Shown piece after piece: positions 1 to 6,371 of a stretch of 35,497 nucleotides of DNA (positions are counted from its first letter, which is position 1; each line of letters opens with the position of its first letter). Location of the stretch: the IMG/VR virus record IMGVR_UViG_3300000271_000004, positions 1 through 35,497 of that record. One strand, written 5' to 3'. The notes under the pieces are model-generated. The model searched no databases. It worked only from the letters and a program-made list of their open reading frames with translations, and was not told the DNA's origin. A program made the translations under genes and the position numbers. The DNA is from a virus.

Positions 1-75
1 GACCTTGCTTCGATTGGTAACGATTGTTCGATTGGTAACCGTGCTTGGATTGGTAACGATTGTTCGATTGGTAAC
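1..75. repeat. Exact 75-nt duplicate of 35423..35497 (assembly overlap of a circular or permuted genome, or a true terminal repeat)
   Basis: Base-by-base comparison of the two ends shows no mismatch. Confidence 0.95.
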
Positions 76-117
76 CGTGCTTCGATTGGTTACCGTGCTT
101 CGATTGGTGACGGAATT
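1..117 (+). repeat. Tandem 18-nt (6-codon) repeats TCGATTGGTnAynnnkst, part of a 12-unit array continued from 35324..35497
   Basis: Direct reading: units at 10-27, 28-45, 46-63, 64-81, 82-99 and 100-117, all in frame. Confidence 0.9.
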
Positions 118-342
118 AAACTAACAACAGGGATTTATTTTAATGGCACTTATCATTCTGTAACATACGTTGGAGAAAATAAGATTTCAATAGGATGCAA
201 ATGTTTTTCAATTGATGAATGGAAAGAAAGATTCAAAGAAATCGGAGAGGATAACAATTATTCAGAAAAGCAAACAAAAGAGTACGAGAATTACATTTTG
301 CTAATTGAGCAATTTGTTAAGTTACAAGAAACAACAATTTAA
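1..342 (+). CDS. Hexapeptide-repeat (left-handed beta-helix type) protein, C-terminal part; continuation of 35225..35497 across the window ends (about 179 aa merged)
   Basis: Frame 1 is open from nt 1 to TAA at 340-342. It begins inside SIG[NDY]xx hexapeptide units identical to those at the window end, followed by a non-repeat C-terminal segment (...EWKERFKEIGEDNNYSEKQTKEYENYILLIEQF). Confidence 0.75.
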   Translation, partial: DLASIGNDCSIGNRAWIGNDCSIGNRASIGYRASIGDGIKLTTGIYFNGTYHSVTYVGENKISIGCKCFSIDEWKERFKEIGEDNNYSEKQTKEYENYILLIEQFVKLQETTI

Positions 343-352
343 ACCAATAATT

Positions 353-919
353 ATGAACGAATTAGAAATTGACTTGGGGGTTACGATTGTGCCGAAGTCA
401 GACCAATTGAACGCAGATGATTTAATTGCAGGAGCGCGTACGATTAGAATACGTGACATGAAGCAAACAGACAGCGAAACACAACCTATTAGCATTTACT
501 TTGACGGTGATAATAACAAGCCTTATAAGCCAAATTTAGGGATGCGTAGGGTTTTAGTTCAACTATGGGGTACAAAAGGTAAAGAATACATTGGACGAAG
601 CCTAACACTATATCGTGATGAAACGGTTAAATGGGCGGGTGCAGAAGTTGGTGGAATTGTAATCACGCAAGCAAGCCATATTCAAGGTGTTAAAAAGCTA
701 TCTGTTACAATTGCAAGAAGTAAAAAGAAAATGTTTACTATCACACCAATTGACTACATAGCACCCGCACCAATTGACCCGACAAAGCCAATTAGAATTT
801 TGAACGAATCGAAAACGTTGACAGAACTTCAAACAAATTGGAGTAAATTAAACAAGGAAGAACAGGCTTTACCAAGCGTTGTTGCTGTTAAAGATAAATT
901 GAAAGGAGAATTAGCATGA
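353..919 (+). CDS. Conserved-looking phage protein of unknown function, directly upstream of the exonuclease
   Basis: ATG at 353 is preferred over the track's TTG at 305. 188 aa. The stop overlaps the next ATG as ATGA. Confidence 0.7.
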   Translation: MNELEIDLGVTIVPKSDQLNADDLIAGARTIRIRDMKQTDSETQPISIYFDGDNNKPYKPNLGMRRVLVQLWGTKGKEYIGRSLTLYRDETVKWAGAEVGGIVITQASHIQGVKKLSVTIARSKKKMFTITPIDYIAPAPIDPTKPIRILNESKTLTELQTNWSKLNKEEQALPSVVAVKDKLKGELA

Positions 920-1053
920 AATACATATTCATAAACTCGTTACCAATATCACTTTTTATTTTAGCTGGATTTTTAGCTTATAATAATTTACCTTATTGGG
1001 GTTGGTGCATAGTAGCAGGAGTATTAACATCACATACATTTGGAGGAAAATGA
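916..1053 (+). CDS. 45-aa hydrophobic micro-protein (two predicted TM segments), absent from the ORF track
   Basis: MKYIFINSLPISLFILAGFLAYNNLPYWGWCIVAGVLTSHTFGGK. ATGA overlaps at both ends (916-919 and 1050-1053), with AAGGAG 8 nt upstream. Confidence 0.5.
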   Translation: MKYIFINSLPISLFILAGFLAYNNLPYWGWCIVAGVLTSHTFGGK

Positions 1054-1697
1054 TAGCACACAAAGAAATCGAACAAGGAAGCGAAGAATGGCATTCGATT
1101 AAGTGGGGCAAAATTGGCGGGACACTTGCGAAAGGATTATTTATTAAATCAGATACGCTGCTAATCGACATACTTTCACAGCGATTAGAAGGGTTTGACT
1201 TTATCGAATCTTTTACTTCAGATGCAATGGATCGCGGTAATGAACTTGAACCAGAAGCACGCGAATATTTGAATCAGTACACAGGATTAACATTAGAAGA
1301 GTACGGATGGTTACAAAGTGATGAAAACGAATTGTTAGGCATTTCACCAGATGGAATGATAAGCGATGAAACAGTAGCGTGTGAGATTAAATGCTTTGGA
1401 AGAAAGAAACACATGGAAATTCTTTTAAGCCAAGAAATACCATTAGAAAACATTCCACAATGTATTCATTATTTCACAGTAAATCCAAAGTTAGAGAAGC
1501 TATACTTTATTGCTTACAGACCCGAAGCACCGAAACACTTTATTAAAGAGTTAACGCGTGAATCAATGCTTAATTTTGGAACTAAATATAAGCCTGTATT
1601 AGAATCAATAGAGGAAGCCACAAAAGTATCATTAAGAGAAGCGAATACATTACTCACAAAAATTAACGAGAAAACAAAACAACTAAACGATTTTTAA
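1050..1697 (+). CDS. YqaJ-like viral recombinase-domain exonuclease (lambda-Exo-type PD-(D/E)XK fold)
   Basis: N-terminal EQGSEEWHSIKWGKIGGT motif and ISPDG...CEIKC (D..E.K) catalytic pattern. ATG at 1050 has GGAGG upstream. Confidence 0.8.
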   Translation: MIAHKEIEQGSEEWHSIKWGKIGGTLAKGLFIKSDTLLIDILSQRLEGFDFIESFTSDAMDRGNELEPEAREYLNQYTGLTLEEYGWLQSDENELLGISPDGMISDETVACEIKCFGRKKHMEILLSQEIPLENIPQCIHYFTVNPKLEKLYFIAYRPEAPKHFIKELTRESMLNFGTKYKPVLESIEEATKVSLREANTLLTKINEKTKQLNDF

Positions 1698-1698
1698 G

Positions 1699-1926
1699 AT
1701 GGAAAACGGAAACGAACCAGCATTTGCCACACCTGATAACGGTACTGAATTTAACACAACATGGCAAGGTCAAAAAAGCTTAACAAAAAGAGAATACTTT
1801 TCGGGGTTGGCTATGCAAGGTATTCTATCTAGTCCAGAACATTACACTTTAACACAAGGAGCAGTTGATGTAGCTAAAAGAGCAATTGATTGTGCCGACG
1901 AACTTTTAAAACAACTTGATAAATAA
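1699..1926 (+). CDS. Small phage protein (LTKREYFSGLAMQGILSS motif, common in phage early regions), function unknown
   Basis: 75-aa ORF tightly packed after the exonuclease gene. Confidence 0.65.
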   Translation: MENGNEPAFATPDNGTEFNTTWQGQKSLTKREYFSGLAMQGILSSPEHYTLTQGAVDVAKRAIDCADELLKQLDK

Positions 1927-1931
1927 ATAAC

Positions 1932-2129
1932 ATGGAAAACGACAGAAAAAAAGAGGTTGAAATAATACTGAAATCAATCGCTAAAGATTTGATAACCGAT
2001 TCTACTATTATTTCAGAGGGCGAACTAAGCAAAAAAGCACGCGATATAATGGTTATTAATTGTGAACGATTCATTGACTATAATAAGCAGTTGGATAGTT
2101 TAAGTGGTAAAAATAGTATTATTGGTTAA
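1932..2129 (+). CDS. Hypothetical protein
   Basis: 65-aa ORF in the co-directional gene string. Confidence 0.55.
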   Translation: MENDRKKEVEIILKSIAKDLITDSTIISEGELSKKARDIMVINCERFIDYNKQLDSLSGKNSIIG

Positions 2130-2257
2130 CGTCCGGCAGTTTGGCAAAAGCTGCCATAAACATTATGCGAACTTTGAACTTTCCTTTAGGCAGCCTTCGA
2201 CAAACCGCTGTTATGTTCTTGGCGGTTTATCAGCTCTAAATTTAATTTGAAAACGAA

Positions 2258-2518
2258 ATGGAAGTAAAAAACATTAACGAGAACGACCTTTTAGAGATAG
2301 GTTTTGAAAAGAAATATGGACATCGTAAAGATGGTTTTTATACATTAGGTGTGAATGATAAATTCTATTTTACATTTGACTTCAAAACAATTACTTTATC
2401 CATTCAATTGAAAGGTTATGGATACATACAAAAATTAGAACACATAAAAACCATCGAGCAGATAACCGATTTGTTTTTTGCTTTAACTGTTAAAAATTTA
2501 TTAGAAGCAGTATCGTAG
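2258..2518 (+). CDS. Hypothetical protein
   Basis: 86-aa ORF following a structured spacer. Confidence 0.6.
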   Translation: MEVKNINENDLLEIGFEKKYGHRKDGFYTLGVNDKFYFTFDFKTITLSIQLKGYGYIQKLEHIKTIEQITDLFFALTVKNLLEAVS

Positions 2519-2594
2519 CCTTGCACATAACACCAAAATAGGGAGTGTTTCAATGCGACTTTTTGGATGTTAAAAAGAGTTTTAATGCGTAATT

Positions 2595-2622
2595 ACCACT
2601 CAACACACACTACAACCGTTCA
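2595..2622 (+). promoter_or_regulatory. Bipartite motif ACCACTCA-N11-AACCGTTCA, copy A
   Basis: The same motif with identical 11-nt spacing occurs at 28013 and 30791. It lies 88 nt upstream of the ATG at 2683. Confidence 0.5.
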
Positions 2623-2682
2623 ACATAATTTCATTAAATGTTCGGTTGGTTGTGCTTATCTTCGTTGAAACAAAAAGAAATT

Positions 2683-3111
2683 ATGAAAGCATTTATAGCA
2701 AAAGGAAGAGTTTTAAAGTGTCCAATAGTCGCTTGTTTGATTAGCGAAAACAACTATTCAATACACGATTTTAACGACAGCGTACAAGTTAACGATGTGT
2801 TTATTGACATATCAGATGAAAGCATGAACAAAGTTGAATTTGTGTTTGTATCTAATAACTTCGATAGTGATTCAATTGACTACTTTAACAACGAACATTC
2901 ATCAATATCTATGCACTTAACACACGGTCAAAGTGATAGTTTTTATCATGTTGAAATAGGCGGTTCAGTTGTAAATGATTTCAACAAAGAAACTTTAGCG
3001 TACTTTGAAACAGTACTTGAAAACAACCGAGAAAAGTATTCACAGGATATTGAAGATGAATGTGAAGATATGTATAACGATAGACGCGAATGTGAGAGTA
3101 CTGGTAATTAA
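2683..3111 (+). CDS. Strongly acidic early protein (about 28 D/E vs 10 K/R in 142 aa), function unknown
   Basis: ATG at 2683 is preferred (context AATTATGAAAGCA, shared with 30866). It is the first gene after motif copy A. Confidence 0.65.
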   Translation: MKAFIAKGRVLKCPIVACLISENNYSIHDFNDSVQVNDVFIDISDESMNKVEFVFVSNNFDSDSIDYFNNEHSSISMHLTHGQSDSFYHVEIGGSVVNDFNKETLAYFETVLENNREKYSQDIEDECEDMYNDRRECESTGN

Positions 3112-3211
3112 AAACAAAAAATTGCAGTATACAGACACGAAAGGCACAAGGAATCTAATCAACTGTATTAAGATAGAAAATTGTGTGCAATTATTTTAAA
3201 AACAAAACAAT

Positions 3212-3661
3212 ATGAACAACGAAACATTAGAACGCGACCTTTGTAGTAGGTTGATGGATGGGGTTAAGGTATCTCTAAATGGAGACGTATTTGAATTAAT
3301 AGCATGCACTAAAAGAGGTAAGTTTGCGCTTGAAAAACACGAGGTAAATAAACTTTTTAGAACTAGAGAAATTGAAGATTTTATCCCAATACTCTTTTCA
3401 ACCTCATGCCTAACCAAACCAATCAAAGTCAGCACTTACAACGATGGAAAGCCGTTTGTGCCGATTGAGGAAATAGCAAAAATGAATCAAGGACATTATG
3501 ATTGGATAACAAATGAAAGAGAAGATATTATACAAAGATACGGTTTTGATTATTGGTTAAACTGTATTCCATTTGAAATAATTGAGTTTTTCCATTTAGT
3601 ACATATAAACTACCGCCTATCACCAGACCAATTCATTGAAGCAACGAACGAGTATGAGTAA
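3212..3661 (+). CDS. Hypothetical protein
   Basis: 149-aa ORF ending ...NEYE* within the repeated junction AACGAGTATGAGTAAGA. Confidence 0.65.
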   Translation: MNNETLERDLCSRLMDGVKVSLNGDVFELIACTKRGKFALEKHEVNKLFRTREIEDFIPILFSTSCLTKPIKVSTYNDGKPFVPIEEIAKMNQGHYDWITNEREDIIQRYGFDYWLNCIPFEIIEFFHLVHINYRLSPDQFIEATNEYE

Positions 3662-3890
3662 GACTATAATTTTATCTAACGGAATAGTAACACTTTCAGA
3701 AAGCAATGCTATTTGTCCTAAATGCGAAAGAAAAATACCATTTGAAGAAATAGAAAACAAGTGGGTTAAGCAAGACAAACACTTTATGAGATTTAAGTGT
3801 AAATGCAAACGATTTATTGGTATAACCACTAATATGACAGGTGATTTTATTGCCTTTGAATTAAATGCAAAAACTAACGAGTATGAGTAA
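3654..3890 (+). CDS. Small zinc-ribbon protein (CPKC...CKCK)
   Basis: Start MSK at 3654 within the ATGAGTAA overlap. 78 aa. Flanked by identical 17-nt junctions. Confidence 0.6.
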   Translation: MSKTIILSNGIVTLSESNAICPKCERKIPFEEIENKWVKQDKHFMRFKCKCKRFIGITTNMTGDFIAFELNAKTNEYE

Positions 3891-4140
3891 GAAATACATT
3901 AAGCCAATTGAAGAATTTGAAGAGTGTCCAAATTGCGGGAGTGATTATGGATATTATCAATCTCATTATGTAAGCGGAAAAATACAAATGTCTAAAGATT
4001 TCAATGGCAACCCTAATTGTTCTGAAGTTTATGATTATTTAAAATGGTCAAGAGAAAGCAAATTCTTCTTTTGCTGTCAATGTGATTACAGATTAGCAAG
4101 AGTAACAGCGAAAGACGCGCAAACGAACGTAATAAATTGA
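3883..4140 (+). CDS. Small zinc-ribbon protein (CPNC...CCQC)
   Basis: Start MSK at 3883 within the ATGAGTAA overlap. 85 aa with two Cys pairs. Confidence 0.65.
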   Translation: MSKKYIKPIEEFEECPNCGSDYGYYQSHYVSGKIQMSKDFNGNPNCSEVYDYLKWSRESKFFFCCQCDYRLARVTAKDAQTNVIN

Positions 4141-4144
4141 AGTG

Positions 4145-4345
4145 ATGGAAATTGCATTTAATATTAAGAAAGAAAAAATAGATATTTCAAAGAACATTTA
4201 TGAATGCTCTAACTGTGGCAAACTATTTAATTGGGGTAAAAATAGTTCTTGGTTTGGTTCTTATCATAACCTTGAAAATAACCCAGAATTAATTACTTAT
4301 TCATGTAGTGATAAGTGCCAAAAAAATAAACCAGAAACAACATGA
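4145..4345 (+). CDS. Small zinc-ribbon-like protein (CSNC...CSDKC)
   Basis: 66-aa ORF with Cys pairs. ATGA overlap with the next gene. Confidence 0.6.
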   Translation: MEIAFNIKKEKIDISKNIYECSNCGKLFNWGKNSSWFGSYHNLENNPELITYSCSDKCQKNKPETT

Positions 4346-4605
4346 AAGACTTAAAACAATACTATTGCGAGGTTACGCAAGATGAAGCCAATGAAGCTAA
4401 AGAGTTGCTTGTTAAGGCTGGGGAAGATATTTGGGATTATGATATTGCATTTGAAGTTTATTATAGCGATGAAATTTTACAGTATTTAGATGACACATGG
4501 TTTGTTTCTGATGATTCACTAATGGAAGATTTCACAAAAACAACCTACCCACAATTCAAACAAATGTTAATCGATAAAATTAAAGAGAATGAAATTAACG
4601 CGTAG
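4342..4605 (+). CDS. Strongly acidic small protein (about 22 D/E vs 8 K in 87 aa)
   Basis: ORF with an ATGA-coupled start. Confidence 0.65.
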   Translation: MKDLKQYYCEVTQDEANEAKELLVKAGEDIWDYDIAFEVYYSDEILQYLDDTWFVSDDSLMEDFTKTTYPQFKQMLIDKIKENEINA

Positions 4606-4825
4606 AAAAGCAGCAGACTTAGTTGATATTTTTAGCAGTTATCAACCAGATAAAGAACAAGTAGTATCCAATTATGATAGTTATGAAATGGCTAGATTAT
4701 CAGCTAAAAAACTGGTAGAAGAAATGATAGATTATCTAACTGTTGATGGTTTTAAATTAGAAATCGAATTTTGGAAAGGTGTTTTATTTGAGGTTGAATT
4801 ATTAAAAATCAAGAATAATGAGTAG
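4589..4825 (+). CDS. Hypothetical protein
   Basis: 78-aa ORF whose end overlaps the next start in ATGAGTAG. Confidence 0.6.
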   Translation: MKLTRRKAADLVDIFSSYQPDKEQVVSNYDSYEMARLSAKKLVEEMIDYLTVDGFKLEIEFWKGVLFEVELLKIKNNE

Positions 4826-5201
4826 AATTATATTATTTAAAGGAAAATCGGTTAATACTGGTGAATGGGTTGAAAGTATGACAATTGCAAAAGGAACTAT
4901 TAAACGCAAAAATGACGATGTGTTTATGGAAATTGACGAAAACAAATGGGTTAGCATTGTTCCAAATTCATTAAGCCAATTTATAAACCAAAAGGATAAA
5001 AACGGCAAAAAGATTTTTGAAGGCGATTATGATGCTGTTGGAAATTGCATTATATGGTGTAACGAGTGTAATGGATTTGAATTTTCTGGAATTGAAGTAG
5101 AAATAAAAGAACAATATGTACCATGCCATAGATGTGATGGGAATTTCTTTTTTCAAGACCAAATTAATGACTTTGAAATAATCGGAAACATACACGACTA
5201 A
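4818..5201 (+). CDS. YopX-family protein
   Basis: FKGKSVNTGEWV..., ...QKDKNGKKIFEGDY... and a C-terminal IIGNIHD are characteristic YopX motifs. Confidence 0.75.
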   Translation: MSRIILFKGKSVNTGEWVESMTIAKGTIKRKNDDVFMEIDENKWVSIVPNSLSQFINQKDKNGKKIFEGDYDAVGNCIIWCNECNGFEFSGIEVEIKEQYVPCHRCDGNFFFQDQINDFEIIGNIHD

Positions 5202-5350
5202 TGAAAGCAATTGACACGAAACGAGGGCAAACGGTTATCTATAATGGTAACTAGTTTGAAGTTGTAGAAACACGAATTAACAACGCAGTGATTAGCAATG
5301 GTAATTTAAAACTTATTGTTAGTTATGATAAAATTGAAATTAAACCGTAA
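5201..5350 (+). pseudogene. 49-codon reading frame interrupted by a single in-frame TAG (5252-5254)
   Basis: ATG at 5201 overlaps the previous stop (TAATG). The frame reads MKAIDTKRGQTVIYNGN*FEVVETRINNAVISNGNLKLIVSYDKIEIKP*, with no other ORF in this 150-nt gap. Confidence 0.35.
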
Positions 5351-5368
5351 CAAATAAAACAAAATAAA

Positions 5369-5623
5369 ATGTTAGAAGCAACAACAATTCCGTATGTAAA
5401 GTCATACGATGAAAACGGAAACGTTTTAAATAAATTAGAAAACCATAATTGGGATGGTAGTAATCGAAGAAGTAGACGTGAAGCTATGCAAAAAGTTAGA
5501 TTGAAAAGTGGTTTAGTCGTAATCGGTAAATATGCTTATTATCGAACACTCCAATTTGAAAAAGATAAGAATGGAGATAAAAAAATTATTCAACATCTTT
5601 TACCTAAGATTTGCAAAAATTAA
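5369..5623 (+). CDS. Hypothetical basic protein
   Basis: 84-aa ORF flanked by the 15-nt direct repeat AAATTAAACCGTAAC (5337-5351 and 5617-5631). Confidence 0.6.
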   Translation: MLEATTIPYVKSYDENGNVLNKLENHNWDGSNRRSRREAMQKVRLKSGLVVIGKYAYYRTLQFEKDKNGDKKIIQHLLPKICKN

Positions 5624-5664
5624 ACCGTAACTTAGCAATTCATAATTTCTTAGGTTTAGCATTT

Positions 5665-5692
5665 CCCGCTTTTATTGGCGGGTTTTGTTTTT
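5665..5692 (+). terminator. Rho-independent terminator
   Basis: CCCGC (5665-69) pairs with GCGGG (5678-82), followed by TTTTGTTTTT. Confidence 0.65.
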
Positions 5693-5709
5693 ATCGCTAT
5701 ATTTATACT

Positions 5710-5976
5710 ATGGAACAAATTGAACAAAAAACAAACGACGCTATTTTTGAATCAGACTTTACACAAAGACCAAAGAATAGTAGTGATTTGCAAGAACATA
5801 TTGAATCTTATTCGCAACTGAAAGAACCAATATTAATGGCTATAATGTTGACGGAATTAAAGCTAATGAATCGAAAAGTTAGCAAGATAACATTTATACT
5901 TTCAACCGTTTTTACAATTTCAATTATAGGTATTTCAATCGGTGTTATTTATTACTTATTTAAAACTTTGGTGTGA
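5710..5976 (+). CDS. Small protein with a C-terminal TM helix
   Basis: ATG at 5710 (MEQIEQ) is preferred because the track's N-terminus spans the terminator. C-terminal ITFILSTVFTISIIGISIGVIYYLF. Confidence 0.55.
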   Translation: MEQIEQKTNDAIFESDFTQRPKNSSDLQEHIESYSQLKEPILMAIMLTELKLMNRKVSKITFILSTVFTISIIGISIGVIYYLFKTLV

Positions 5977-6371
5977 TGGCGGGTGGTAATCAATATAACG
6001 AAAAATGGACTTTAGAAGAGTGTGAGAAATTCATGTTAGAAGCAGTAGAAATATCACTTAAAGACAACATGGATTTTATTGGTGAAGTAGCAAAACAACA
6101 TGGTACATATCGCGACGTTTACGATTATATAGTAGATAAATTTCCAGAGTTAAAAAGGCTAAAAGCACAAATAAAAAACAACTGCGAAACCAATTGCTTT
6201 TCGAACGGTAAAAACCAAAATATAGTTCCATCAATGGCTATTATGAATCTTAAATCTAATCATGGTTGGACTGATAGATTAGACCAAACAACAAAAGGTA
6301 ATGAAATCAATCAAACACCACTATCTCAAGATGAACTAAACCGCGTTAAAGATTCGTTAGATGACTTATGA
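5976..6371 (+). CDS. terS: Terminase small subunit
   Basis: Position directly upstream of, and ATGA-coupled to, the large terminase. NQYNEKWTLEE N-terminus and MNLKSNHGWTD motif are typical of small terminases. Confidence 0.65.
   Translation: MAGGNQYNEKWTLEECEKFMLEAVEISLKDNMDFIGEVAKQHGTYRDVYDYIVDKFPELKRLKAQIKNNCETNCFSNGKNQNIVPSMAIMNLKSNHGWTDRLDQTTKGNEINQTPLSQDELNRVKDSLDDL

Noticed and set aside
305-352. The ORF track extends several N-termini upstream (305, 996, 2638, 3636, 3865, 5611, 14565, 26894, 27424, 28650, 28954, 31407).
   Set aside because: The extensions use non-ATG or upstream starts that overlap the preceding gene, a terminator hairpin or promoter boxes. In each case an internal ATG gives the typical ATGA/TAATG coupling or an A-rich leader.
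2614-2620. The near-palindromic core AACnGTT recurs in intergenic regions (2614, 14101, 28032, 32430) and could be a separate protein-binding or methylation site.
   Set aside because: A 7-mer with a degenerate centre is expected about a dozen times by chance in 35 kb at this composition. It also appears inside coding regions, for example near 622 and 5229. Only the longer bipartite motif is reported.
3005-3199. A 64-aa plus-strand ORF overlaps the 3' end of the acidic protein gene.
   Set aside because: It is an alternative frame of a better-supported gene and extends into an intergenic region containing an AATTG-N4-CAATT palindrome (3177-3190). It has no independent support.
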